From assembly GCF_009914755.1 (NCBI RefSeq), contig NC_060934.1: DNA of 64,000 bases; one strand, 5' to 3'. The translations under genes and the position numbers were made by a program. This document shows, piece by piece, positions 39,674 through 54,312 of this stretch. Below the pieces are notes generated by a model. It saw nothing but the letters and a program-made list of their open reading frames with translations. It was not told the origin of the DNA and did not search any database. The first letter of the stretch is position 1, and every line of letters begins with the position of its first letter. The DNA is from the human T2T-CHM13v2.0 reference genome, Homo sapiens.

Positions 39674-41686
39674 GTAAGTAAATTTAATGCAATCTGCCTC
39701 TTATGCCAAATGTGCTTATTTTTCTGCCTTTTGTTTCTGCTTCCAAGCCATTTTTATTTCCCCTCTGGCTGCTACTGATGTGTTTCTGTGGTGGGCCTGC
39801 GAATGATGGGGCATGGGGCTCCCCAGTAGCAAAGATTACTTTTCTGTTTCATAGTGATTTGCATAAGAGACTGCTTGGCTGTGAAAATGTGATTATCCAG
39901 CATCTGCCTGCTTATCAGGAATGGAACTTTTTTCCTTCCCTTGCATATTGGATGTCTTCATCTGAAATCAAACATTTTTTTTAAACTCTTCATTACATTT
40001 TTTCATTTTAAACTGGGCTAGTGGGCGATTGCTTTCAACACTACTGTGGCTTCACGTTAAAATAACTGTCTGGTCTAACCACAGGCAGCGACGGCCACAG
40101 CTTATTCTTGCTAACATGTAAAGCAGAAATATTTGGGCCGTTCCAAATTGAGGCCCACAGAGTGCCCTGAAATGCAGGGTCAGTGCAGAGTGGAGCACAC
40201 AGCTGTGAGAGCCATCGCCAGGCTGCCCCAGTCCTGCATCCTCAGTCACCCAGGACCTGGCTGGGTGTCGGCATGCCTTGTCTGCCATCTGTGGGTCACC
40301 CTGCCACTTGTCAGTAGAAACAGAGCTGACCATTTCTGTGCCTCTGCTGCTTTGCCTCCCATGGCCAGGAGGGATCTGTGGGCAGCTCGGGGGGGTCCAA
40401 AGACATGCAACTTTTCCCTGTCCTTAGAAGGGAAGCCGGCCAGTCCAGGTGGCCAGCAGTCCCAGGATAGGGTCGAGTCCATCAGACTCTCTTCTGCCCA
40501 AGGGATTTCTTGAGTATTTTTGAGCCACTTAGCAACTATAAAATATATGGTTATATATTTATATGCATGAATAAATATATGCTTCAAGCTGCGATTGCAC
40601 TGTTTTAATGGCAAATATTATAAATGCTGTAAATAGCCATTTATTTTTTTTTCATGATTAAATGCCATTGTTGGAGTGATTTGAGAGAACACAAGGAAGG
40701 AACTTGAATGCCAAATTGCTCTGCCCACCCAGTTAACATGCAAAGCAGGGGAGGGTGGTGGGATCTAAGGAGAGGGATCACCCCCCAAAGCCTTTGCTTT
40801 GCTGGGAGTGGGACCAACCCATGGAGGGGCTGGAGACGGGGCAGGGGCCAGTCTACAGGGTGGAAAGAGCCCCCATTCTGACTGTGGAAGTGACCCCCAG
40901 ACTGCTCGGTGGACTTAATGGAACTGCTCAGGCTAAAAGGCATCCCTTTCTCCTGGGATCTGCTTCCTTGACCCTTCAGGAGTCTGATTTGGTGGTTTCC
41001 TTTGCCTCTCAGCCCCGCTATTCATATGGAGGAGAAAAAGGGAGAGAAGAGCTGTGAATCTTGTCTGTTTACCATGGTTAGGAGAAGACAAAAAAAATCA
41101 TCTCTCCCCTGGCCCTACCTTTAGTCAGGATTCCACCTAGAAGCCTTCAGAGCATGGGAATCCATTGAGCTCAAAGATCCTGTGATAGGGAGGATTCAGG
41201 AGGTTCTCCTTGAGGACCCCGAACTTTCTATTTCTGCGTGGCCCCCTTCAGTTGTTCATTAAGTGAGGTGTCGCCTTGCCCGTCTGTAAATTGGTGTCCT
41301 GAGCCTAGAGCCCCTCCCCTAGCCTTAGTTGGGTTCAGATACCCCTGGAAGAATCCAGATAAATTAATCTGCTCACCAGAAATTTGCTTTATAAAATACG
41401 AACATTTAGTTAAATTTAGCTTCATTTTCTGGGTCATTCTCCAAAATGGCATCTCTTTAAAGATCTCCAGCTTGATGGATCTTTCCCTTGGGGGCAAAAA
41501 TAATAGCTGTTAAAAAGTGAGAGTGGGTAGCCGGCGTGGCCTCTCGCTGGTGCTGGAGTGACAGAGGTGGGAGGGTGGCCTGGGCCAGATGGCTCCGCAG
41601 AGGCAGTAGCTTCGGTCCGCTCTGTACTGCTCTGGAGTGTTCCGTCCCTCTGCTTGTTGTGTTTACGTTTTCCATTTTGTTTCCAG

Positions 41687-41747
41687 TGACACATTTAGGG
41701 TGAAAAAGTCGCCAAAACGGTCTCCTCTCTCTGATCCACCTTCCCAG
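41687..41747 (+). CDS. TACC2: TACC2 exon, 61 nt (DTFRVKKSPKRSPLSDPPSQ)
   Basis: Acceptor ttttgtttccag|T, donor CAG|gtacag, phase 2 in / 0 out. Confidence 0.95.
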
Positions 41748-42923
41748 GTACAGTGTTCCTTTGATCTTGATGGTTTTATGCCCCCCCCGGGGGAGGTTTT
41801 CTTCGCTTGTTGACAAAGCTTTGCTTTCTGCTCATCCCGGGCCTGTTTCCAAGACCCTCTTCTTGCATTCTGTGTGGAGGGTCCCTCGATGTTTGCTTCA
41901 CATTGTTTTGGTCCCTTCACTTTGCGGAAGATCAGAGTGTGTCCCGAGAGTGGGAAGACGTTCAGGAAAAACATTAGTTGGGCTCTGGAGGACCCACTCT
42001 GCTCCATTCAGGCCAGTTCATCTGCTGTGAACTTCTAGGACTGTCGAGATGAGAAAGTCTCTTGAGATGAACAAATATGCAGTGAGAAGGTGAAGAAACT
42101 CAGCAAGTGTCAGGAGCACTGAATTGTGCAGCCAAAATTGGAGTGGGAAGAAAAGGGAAGCCCCTCCCCTAAAGAAGTGGGGCTTAGGTTCTGTCTTGAT
42201 TAGAGTCCCTCTTACCAGTTCCTCCATCAGATAGATTCCATTTCTTCTACCCTGTTTACAGACCAAGGAAAGTTATCGTCAAGCCTGTCAGTATGTTAGG
42301 GCTAATTTCTGGGTCATAAAACAAAACAGACCTGCCACCCCTCCAAATCTGAGCCAGCAAAGCCCCAGCCTGCAGACCCTGGCCAGAGTGGGGGCAGTGG
42401 AGGGAAGCACTCAGCCCTGGGGATAGGGGCTCAGGTCCCAGCTGCAGCTCTGTCCTGACCTCTCTAGGTTCCCACCCTGCCCTACTCCACTTCCCACTCT
42501 CCAGTGGAAATGGAGATAAGATCCCCCTTTTTCTGCCTCCAGGGACTGATGAGATGCTTGTCAGGTGATTCTGGTGATATTGATGTGCAGGCCTGAAGCA
42601 CTGTGTGAGCCTCGCACAGCAGTCACAGTCGTAAAACTAGCAGGAATGCTCAAGTAACTAAGACACAAAATCCTGATTTTTTTTTTTTTTTAAATTCATG
42701 GTCATTCCCTGAAACAAACCATCATAAAAGGAGATTCATAGAGGGAAGAATCTGTGTGTCCATCTGTTTCCTTAATGGACCATTTGGAGCAGAGTCTGAG
42801 AAGAGCATGCAGAGGATTGTGACCGGGACCTGTCCTGGCTAATGGGTCCCCAGACCTGAGGGTGGGCACAGTTTCTGACCAAGAGTCTGATGAGACAAGA
42901 AACAGTTTCTCTTCTCTTTGCAG

Positions 42924-43125
42924 GACCCCACCCCAGCTGCTACACCAGAAACACCACCAGTGATCTCTGCGGTGGTCCACGCCACAGATGAGGAAAAGCT
43001 GGCGGTCACCAACCAGAAGTGGACGTGCATGACAGTGGACCTAGAGGCTGACAAACAGGACTACCCGCAGCCCTCGGACCTGTCCACCTTTGTAAACGAG
43101 ACCAAATTCAGTTCACCCACTGAGG
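42924..43125 (+). CDS. TACC2: TACC2 exon, 202 nt (DPTPAATPE...ATDEEKLA...FSSPTE)
   Basis: Acceptor cttctctttgcag|GAC, donor GAGG|gtaagc, phase 0 in / 1 out. Contains the HATDEEKL motif of the TACC family. Confidence 0.95.
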
Positions 43126-43710
43126 GTAAGCAACTCTGTAGCCAGCTGGACCCCCACTCTGCCTCGGAGAATACTGCCCCTAGGGAGCCAAAGGCCAGGA
43201 GAGAAACTTCTCAGCCAGGTAACCACGTGATCATCATTGTGAGATCGTCTGCACGTCTCCCGCTGCACTTGCAGCTCAGGCTGTGTTTGAAAACAGCCTG
43301 AGACTTGAAAGCAGCTGTCCCTTGACCCAAGACTCCTGCTAAGAGCCAGCACGGTGCCCTCTAACTCCACCTCAGGACTCCATCGAGTGGGTCCTGAGCG
43401 CCCACTCGAGCTTTGCCCATGGCTTATGTCCCCTCTGTGATTTTGATAAACACAGCTCCAAGGGAGTGTCATTCAAGTCAAACTCTCAGTGTAGGTCACT
43501 GACCTGGACTCGCTTGGTGCCACCGTTATTCCTAGGCCCCATACTGTGTTCAGACACTATGGCCACACCTTTTAATGAAGCCTCAAACCAGAGATTCACC
43601 CCAGGCTTGCTGAGAGGGCATGATTCCCTCCTCAGAAATGGGCAGAAATGGGCTCCGGACAACTTTGCTTATCTCAATATCCTTCCTCCTATGTATATTC
43701 AATTTCAGTG

Positions 43711-44032
<322 letters not shown>

Positions 44033-44216
44033 CTTCCTTTTTGATAGGAAAACCTTTTTGAAGGAGAGCTAGCACCTTTCTTGGGAGGGATGACCCCATT
44101 GCCCTGACCTGTTGGTGCACCACGTTCCCAGTCCTCCAACCCATTTTCTCCTCCAGCCACCTCTGTGAGGCTGCCCAGTTGGCATTTTGACACTCCAGCT
44201 TTTGTGATGGTTTTGA

Positions 44217-44540
<324 letters not shown>

Positions 44541-45029
44541 GATTTCTAACAGTTTTTTTGAACTGAGTAGAAATCACTGTGAAGAAGATCACATGTGAAG
44601 GTCTGGTCTCCACTTTTTGCTGCTAATAAGAGACTAAGATCTCCTTTAAACGGCTTCCTCCCTGTCTGAGTGGAGTGGTGGTGTCATGAGGGTGCAGGTA
44701 GATTTTAATCGTAACTCAAAAACTCCCAACCTTCTTCTGGACGCTCTTCCACAGTCAGGCCCGGAGGCATGGTTTGCTTTGTGCCCACGAGGTCTTGGAA
44801 TGGTACCAGCATGCAATTATGGTAGATCTATTTCATGTTTTTCAGAGTATTGGATGCATATCTTCTCCCTACCCAAAACTGCCTTTCTAAATTTGACAAT
44901 GAAAAGATGATCCAAATTATGTATACTTGTACCTTTTGGCATTTTGTTTTCTGTAAAATAGAGCCTTTTGGTTGGCTGTCAGGTTGGCCCTCTGGTTTGG
45001 GGTTTGAGAGGTCCGAAAGTGACCATCTT

Positions 45030-45391
<362 letters not shown>

Positions 45392-46040
45392 TCAGCCTCC
45401 TTTGGATCCTTATTTCTCTCTGCACCTGCATCCGAGGCAGGAGCCTGTTCCCGGAACACCCCTCACTCAGCTGCCTCTGCAGTGCTGCTGTAGACCCCGC
45501 CTGCTGGAACACCCTTCCCCCCACCCTCACTGCACTCCCCCCACCTCATCCCTGTTTCACACCCTTTCCTTAGTGCTAGCCCCTCCCAGCCTTTCCCTGG
45601 AATTCCGCTCCTGGCTCTGCCCGCCTTCAGTGCTTGATCTGGGCTGAGCTGGGGATATGAAACACCGTAATAATGATGTGTGTGCATTTCTTGCTTCCCA
45701 ACTAGCTTGTATGTTTCCTGAAGGCAAGAACTTTGTCAGGTTCATCTCTGTTCCTCACAGCACCCTCAACGTCGTAGGGGCTAAAGACAGGTTTGTGAAA
45801 TAATGGTAACACAAGGTCAGGCAGGTCAACAGCTTAGTAATGTCAGCTCAGCAATTTGATCCTGCAGTGGGCATCACCTGCGTCAGATGTGGAGCACTGC
45901 GGGGAAGGTGCTTTATGTTCCAGAGGCAGCAAGGGACATCTGAGCACAGGCCTCAGACTTGGCCATTTTGATAGCACCTATGGTGGGTTACATCTCTTGA
46001 GCTTGGTAAGAGATTTCTAAATATCGGAGAAAAGCATTTA

Positions 46041-46506
<466 letters not shown>

Positions 46507-49347
46507 TCAATGGTGGCATTTATTTGTCCATCTTCTACATTGTACTAAAACAGACAACTTACTAGCTGAGTGACATATTTGACAGTTGTTTTTTTCTGTA
46601 AAAATTGAACAAATATGTAAATATATGGGTTTGGAACAAAACTTGGTTAAACCCATTACCTTAGAAAATGGGAAGATTTGGGAAGTCATGACTATAATTT
46701 AAGCTGGTAGACAATAAAAAATCCATTAATGTGAAGACACAACAGTTGCAGTTTCAGGAGGTGTGGGCCCCACTGCATCCACCTCGCTAACACACCCAGG
46801 GTCCCCCCAGCATCTGGACGTGGAAATACCATTAATGTAATGAGGTCCAGTCTAGCAGCACCAGACACACACCCAGGGGTGCTGATGTGATTGATCGTCA
46901 GAAAGAATCCGTGTGGGGCGGGGCCCCAGCTGTGATGTGAGACTTACACTAAAGTCACCAACCACAGGAAAAGGAAATGTTGGGTGAGAAATAATAATTA
47001 TGATTTAAATACATATTCACTATCATTAATTCTATAGGTAACAATAATAAGCTAGGGCCTGTCATTGGGTGAGGACTTACTTTGAGCTGTGCAGAGTCTT
47101 TTACATTCATGATTTCATTTCATCCTCTCAGTCTGCAGAGTGCTTTTCTACAGTTCCCCATTTTAGGAACAAGGATACAGAGGCTTGGAGCTGTTAGTGA
47201 CTCCCCCAGTGTCCTGGCACAAATCCGTGGAGAGCCAGGTGTGCCTGACTTAACAGCTGTGCTCTTTATGTGAGCATGGAACAGGCTTGCTGCCTGCGTC
47301 TGTAGAATGAGGCTGTTGACCTACTCACACTTTCCTACCTAGGTCCATAGGAGCAGAATGTTGCAGAGCTTCAAGTTGTCTTTAATATTTCAAAACACCT
47401 GAATGTAACTAGGTTAGAAAGATGCCCAGGGGATTAAAATACCATATTTGGGCTGTAATTGTATCAACTCACTAGGATGACACTGGTCATCTTCCACGGA
47501 TGAAGAACTCATTGACAATTATAAATGGTTTTCTTTGCGTGGTTGCTTAGTAAATGCCCTTTTTTGGTGCAGTCTTTTAAAGCGTGATGCAGTGGGAGAA
47601 AACTTAACCCATGTAGTCCTTGTGGAGGAAAAGATTAGGAACTATTGGTCTACACAGCTGAGTCCTCTCCTGGCTGTCCAAGAGACCCTGACAGAGTGCA
47701 GTTGTTTTAGATTCAGAAGTCTCAGTGACTCTTTGGTGGTCACCCAGTTGCCCTGTGTCCTTTAACACAGCTCTGTTAGTCCCTCCTTCCCACTCTGACA
47801 GAGGGGAAAGTGCCCTCCTTGGAAGCCTCAGCTGTTCTTTAACGGCAGGCGCCGTCTCTGTCACACTGCAGACACTTAGAAGGGTGACGGTGGGGAAGCT
47901 GGGAGCAGCCTCCCTGTCTCTTTCCCTGGACTCTTTTCTTCTCCCCTAATATAATGTCACTTAGGTTAAAAGTTCCAGAAATACTAGCCATGAGCAGGAA
48001 TATATCTGATCATGCTCCTTTACATTTGTGTTACCCATCGAAGGGTTTTTATCTTAAAGTATTTCATTTTAGCCTACAAAATATAAGCACTTTGAGCTCC
48101 ACTTGGAAGATAAGTCAATAGGCAAGGAGATATCAGGCGAGTTGGCTTCCCTGATCCTAGCAATGGAGACCTGGACTCAGTGGCATCCTTCTGGCTTCTG
48201 CATGGGGCTCTTTCCTGTTCCTAGCAAGCCCCCAGCAATTAGAGACAGACGAAAGCAGCATTGAAGGCCCCTCGCTGTGCAGTGCCCCCATATGAAATAA
48301 TTACCAAAAGCAGCCCTCAGAAACGACAGGACCCGTGAACGATGACTGAGCCTCTTCAGCTAGGAGCAGCCACACACGTTAGCAAGGACCATCTCCTCCA
48401 GTTGAGAATATGATGTGCCACTTGGTGTGGTGACATCACCCTTCCTGGCCTGCCAGCTGTGTGTGGCATGGTGTGAAAATAGGGCTGAAATTGGATGTGG
48501 TTTCACCCCCATGCCTGCCCTTTGAGGCTTAGGATTTGAAGCAGATGAGTGAAATTTTGAAAACCAAGTTCAGGAAGATGTTTTCTCAAAATAGCAGAGA
48601 TCACCCAAGATGACAGGAGGAAGTATTTATTTTTTTTACATCCTCTCCAGGTCATTCTGTAAATTATAAATCAGGATCCCAAATGACCGTGATTGCAACA
48701 AGCAGGGCGTGTTCTGAAGCAGCATCTCCAGGCGTCTGCCACTCATCTGGGATTGATGGGAAGGAGTGCGGGCCTTCTGAAACCAGGCATCTCACAAATG
48801 CAAACACTAATGTGGGTGTCAGAGTACCCCACTTTTGCACCGTCAGTTGCTCCTTCTGAAGGGAGGAATGGGGACACAGGACAGTGGGAAGGGACTTCCT
48901 TTTGGCAGGTAGCAGAGAAGGCAGATGAGTGAGCTCCGTGACCTAAAACTCACCCAGATTCAGCCACCAGAAGAGCTGAGGTTCCAAGTGGGACACTTTA
49001 GTGAGGCGAGCTGGTTACCAGAGCCGGGCACTCGCCCGGGGCCACAGGCCCCTGGAAAAACTCTGCGGTGGTCTGTTGCTCGTTTGGTGTGTCCTGGGTG
49101 CCCTGTGCTGTACTGGAGTGTGCTTAGAGATTTCTGTTACATCATTTAGGGCATGTAATGCCTTGGAAATCGTAATGATACCTTAGAAGAGGCAGCTGAT
49201 TCACTATTATTTTCTCAACTTAAACAGCTTATAATAGAACAGTAAAATGATAGTCCCAGAGTTTTATACTTGGAAAGTGATAGATAGATCTGGAAGAGAC
49301 CCTAAATATCACCCTGTCCATCCCTGTCTCCTTCCTCCTCCTCTCTC

Positions 49348-49658
<311 letters not shown>

Positions 49659-51029
49659 TGAGGAGGCGATTAAGACTTTACAAATTAATGCTTCTGTCTT
49701 AAGTTGGGGCAGACCCTGGGGTTCAGGCTTGGTGTGAGAGTTGGAAACACACTTTCTCTACTCATCTTTATTCAGGATGCAACAGGGCTTTCTGGCCTTT
49801 AATCACAAAACTGTCTTCGATTTCATGAGCTGGCCATGCTGAGTAGAAGGATATGTTTGCCTCACCAAGGGAGATTTAGAGATTCCTGAAAGATTGTCCA
49901 CGTGTTTAAGTAGTTGAGGTTATTCAGCCATTTGCAGGTTTTATGAAAGTCCTCCAGGAAATAGCTCATTTTAAAGCTGATATTTTTTTGACGATGCCTT
50001 TAGCAATAGGCAGAAATAAAGGGGCTTTAAACCAGAACTGCTATTTATCTTTATTTTCATCTTAAAAAAAGTTGAAAGATTAAACTTGATGGATTGCCAC
50101 TGATGCTTTTTCACAGTGGGTTTCTGAGCAGGTCACTCTTCACCTCTTGGTTTTCTTTTTAAGTAGAAAAGAGGTATCTGGTAGCTCTAGATTGTGGCTT
50201 CTGTGAAGACAGAAGTCCATTCTGGTCTTATCCACCACTGTATCTGCTATGCCTGGCACTGTGCAAACCATATAGGAGGTGCTTCATCCGTTTGCTGGAT
50301 GGGGAGTTCAGTTGAGTGTCAGCTTAGTTTCCAGGTACTCGAGGCAGGCAGTGGTGTTTGCCGTCTCCATTGAGTGTATGGGATTTTCACCAATCAATTT
50401 GAAACAGGTCATTTCTCCACCCATTGGACTTTACTAGTCTTTGAGTTTGAAAATAGATTTGGACCAGCCCTGAAGACACTGGTAGAACCCTGGGAAAGGC
50501 TCCAGGTGACTTACAAAGCTTCTCTTAACCAGCAGCGCTGAAGGAACAATATCGTCCTTCCCTCACTTCAGAGGGTGGCCAGAGCTGAATACCCAGAGAG
50601 GGACAAGTAAGGGTCCAGTTCCAAAACATCATGAGGATGTATCATCCCACGTGTCTCACCTGACAGTTACAGAGGAAACCCGCACCCAGAATGCACGTGC
50701 TGTCTTATGGGAACACTCAGCGCAGAGTGCTCAGGTCTGGCCACACTTGGGCTGTGCTTGGTCGTGCCATGGAATTCCTCAGGACTTTCTCAGCCTCCCT
50801 AATGGCAGAAGCCCCTTTACAGCAAGACATTTACCGTTTGTCTGAAAATAGCCGAACTGAGCCTTTTCTTCAGGCTATATGAGAAGTCTCTAGACAGTGG
50901 GCACCGTCAGAAAGCCCAGAGCCTTGTGATAGCTCCCACCCTGCCTGGCTCAGATCTTCCCATTTTTTTCCTCTGGCACTAACCTCACCTTTTGTTTTTT
51001 TGTGTTTGTGTTTGTTTTTGTTTTTGCAG

Positions 51030-51091
51030 AGTTGGATTACAGAAACTCCTATGAAATTGAATATATGGAGAAAATTGGCTCCTCCTTACCT
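51030..51091 (+). CDS. TACC2: TACC2 exon, 62 nt (ELDYRNSYEIEYMEKIGSSLP)
   Basis: UG-rich tract ending tttttgcag|AG, donor CCT|gtaagt, phase 1 in / 0 out. Branch-point-like CACTAAC at 50977-50983. Confidence 0.95.
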
Positions 51092-52669
51092 GTAAGTTCG
51101 TCTGCCTCGGGCCACTTAGGGGACTCGCTTTCCTGCCTTCAGGGGCCTCCTCCCCTGTGCAGAGTGTCTCTGGGAGCTCAGACCCCAAATCGAGTGTTTT
51201 CTGTGTACACAGCTTCCCGGGTGCACAGCAGTGATGGACTGGGGCTGGGGGGTTGAGGTTTGTACTCAATCCACTTCGTTTGACATTTTCAGGGAGAAAA
51301 TGATAGAATACAATTAGACGTCCTGCAGAATTACTTTCCTAGACTGAGAAAGAGCTAGAGATTTCTTTAAAAAAAAAAAAAAAAGAGGTGGTGATGGTTT
51401 TTCAGGTATACGATTAGCTGTTTTTGAGAAATTGTTTTAATTAACTGAATATTTTCTCTGGGCAATAAGCCTTTCTCCCTGGTTTTTCATTTTAAGAGGT
51501 TATGATGGGCACTGTCTTTCCTGGCATAATACCTGCTGCCCTAGGGCATGTTATTCCAAGGGTGACCTCTTGCTGTTGTCAGCGATGCCCTCGGAGACGT
51601 GTGGCACACAGGAGGGCTTGCTTGCTTACAGCACTACGTGGCCCTGGATATGTTGCTCTTTATCTTTCTTTGCATTAGTCATAGATGCCGGGGTTACTGC
51701 TTCCAAACTGCAGGTTGCTGTAAGTTAGACCTGAAGGTTGGGTGGGAGAATGTCCCCATGCACAGGCTTAACTCATGCGCCACGTCAGTGAGATCACAGC
51801 TTCCTGAGTAAAGCACATGGGCTTTGTCATCATCCCCTTGTGCGTTGCTTAAAGAGCTTAGCTCTGTGGCCACACCTGTGTCCCCAGTAGCTGAGGCCAT
51901 ATACATAATACTGAGGGCGAGACATTTTACCGCTGAAGGGGAACTGTCGTGTGTTTTGAGATCTTTGATTTAAATGGATTGAAACCACAAGGGGCCCCTT
52001 CCTCTTGTGCCACCACCCACTGCCTGGTGCGTTGGCAGGCCTCGCGGATGAATTCGTGAGGAGCATGCCCTGCTCAGGAACAGCAGAGCCACCCAGAGAT
52101 TTCATGGCAGTGCAGAGCAGCATACCTGCCGGCCGTTGCAGGGACTTATTTGGGGACCCCAGCAGGGCATGTGGAGGGGGTCTTTCAAGGTCTTCCCATC
52201 ACTGAGAGATGCCAGTCCCACAGCCCCTGTTTCTAGTCCAGCTGAGTTGCTCTCCAGGCCCTGCCCCTGCCCTGGGCTCATTCAGCTATGGTCAGCCCAG
52301 GTCTAGGCTCTTGCCCTACCTCTCTGTTTATCTGCAGTGGCCAGCACAGCTCCTGGCCCAGAGAGCGTGCTCAGTAAATGTTGGTGAATTGAACAAAGTC
52401 CAGCTCACCAACGCCGTGGCGTCTTCTCCCCTGGCCACGTTCCTACTTGAACTCAGTTGTACTTTCTCTGCATCCTCCTTCCCTCCTGGCCTCCCCACCT
52501 CACTCCTAACCAGGCCCCACTTCCTCCTCTCTTCCTGGTGGCTCCAGAACAATGAAGGCTTTTCCCTGATGGGTTATTTGTTCTCTGTTGAAGAGTGCTC
52601 CAGTTTTCATCTCCGTTGCACGTTCAGGCCAACTGTACCCAAGCTGATATGTGATTTTGATCCCTGCAG

Positions 52670-52785
52670 CAGGACGACGATGCCCCGAAGAAGCAGGCCT
52701 TGTACCTTATGTTTGACACTTCTCAGGAGAGCCCTGTCAAGTCATCTCCCGTCCGCATGTCAGAGTCCCCGACGCCGTGTTCAGG
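52670..52785 (+). CDS. TACC2: TACC2 exon, 116 nt (QDDDAPKKQALYLMFDTSQESPVKSSPVRMSESPTPCSG)
   Basis: Acceptor ccctgcag|CAG (tandem NAGNAG), donor GG|gtatga, phase 0 in / 2 out. Confidence 0.93.
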
Positions 52786-52908
52786 GTATGACTTCCATGA
52801 TGAGAGAGTTACACATCATGCTGGATGTTCTAAAGCCTCTGAGCACCTTCATGCTGTTATTTTGACTTCATTTCAGTGCATAGATTCAGGCGGCTGACAT
52901 GCCACATA

Positions 52909-53042
52909 TTTTTTTTTTTTTTAATAGAGACAGAGTCTCACCATGATGCCCAGGCTGGTTTCAAACTCCTGGGCTCAAGGGCTCCTCTCACCTCAGCCTC
53001 CCAAAGTGCTGGGATTATAGGCATGAGCCACAATACCTGGCC
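52909..53042 (-). mobile_element. FLAM / Alu left monomer
   Basis: Single antisense arm 120 bp after an exon. Confidence 0.85.
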
Positions 53043-54140
53043 AGCCCACACTTCAGTCTCTCTGAATGTCCACAGGGACATAAACGCATTGGTTTTGTTA
53101 CTGGCTACCCTTTGGACTAAAGTGAAATCCTTCAGCAGTTGACTGTGTGTCCCACTCCCTATAATCTCGCCCAGTGCACACACACTTTATTCCATCATTT
53201 ATCTAAAGGGGGACACTGTGGCCCAGCATTCAAAGCTCGAATCCCACCTGTACCCCCTCCTGGTTGTGTGACCTGAAGTGAGGTACTTGCCTCTCCTGGG
53301 CCTCAGCTTCCTTGAATGTAAAGTAAAAGTAATAATGAAATGGACCTTGCAGGGATTTGATGAAGATTAAAGGAGGCTATCCGTCTTCCAGAGCGTCCCC
53401 GAGCTGTGTGACGGGGAGAGGGCACTCTGTCTACCAGAGAGATGCTGTGTGTAAAGCTCTTGTTGAAGTACCTGGCACACCTCAAGTGCCTGGTAAATGT
53501 ACATTATTGATATGGGTGTTCATGTTTGCATTTATGAGGGCTGATGTTTGGAGCAGTGCATTGTTTGATCAAGTAAGTGTGGGCATTGCTGTGAGATTTG
53601 GACCAGCCTATTTTTGTCTGCCTGCCCCTTTAAGCAGGAGTAAAAGTGCTTGCATTGACTTCTCAGACTTACAAAAGAGACTCTGCAGGCTGCCCAGGGT
53701 GGTGAGAACAATGATGATGGTGGTTATGTTGTTAAAACAGTAGTGGCACCAGGTGACAGGTACCACATTAAGTGCTTTACAGGCATGCAGCATCTCATTT
53801 AATCTTCACAGAGAGGTCCATTGTCTCCATCTTATAGAGAAGGAAATGGAGGCACGGTATCCAGTCACTTTCCCAGAGTCCACAACCAAGCAGCGGGTGG
53901 TCTGCTGAACTGCAGAGCTCGGGTCTGTAGCCAGTGGCATCTGTGCTTCTGCCCCTCCCTTGTCACTTGGTCCTGGGGTGACTGCCCAGCCTAGAGGCTG
54001 CATGGCCACTGGAGACCTGGCTCATATCCCTCTGGAAGTCCAGGATTCCTTGTGATATTGACTTGGTCAGGGCATCCTGGTTGATTTCAGTGGGTTTCCC
54101 AATGAGAAGACTAAAGAAAGATGCCCTTTGCTTCCCCCAG

Positions 54141-54312
54141 GTCAAGTTTTGAAGAGACTGAAGCCCTTGTGAACACTGCTGCGAAAAACCAGCATCCTGT
54201 CCCACGAGGACTGGCCCCTAACCAAGAGTCACACTTGCAGGTGCCAGAGAAATCCTCCCAGAAGGAGCTGGAGGCCATGGGCTTGGGCACCCCTTCAGAA
54301 GCGATTGAAATT
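54141..54312 (+). CDS. TACC2: TACC2 exon, 172 nt (SSFEETEALV...GTPSEAIEI)
   Basis: Acceptor cttcccccag|G, donor ATT|gtaagt, phase 2 in / 0 out. Confidence 0.95.

Noticed and set aside
43126-43301. ORF continuing past the donor of the 202-nt exon (similar read-throughs at other exons)
   Set aside because: A strong GTAAG donor and in-frame continuation in the next exon explain it; the intronic tail looks random.
52209-52865. 218-aa ORF overlapping the 116-nt exon
   Set aside because: Different frame from the TACC2 peptide, mostly intronic, no homology recognised.
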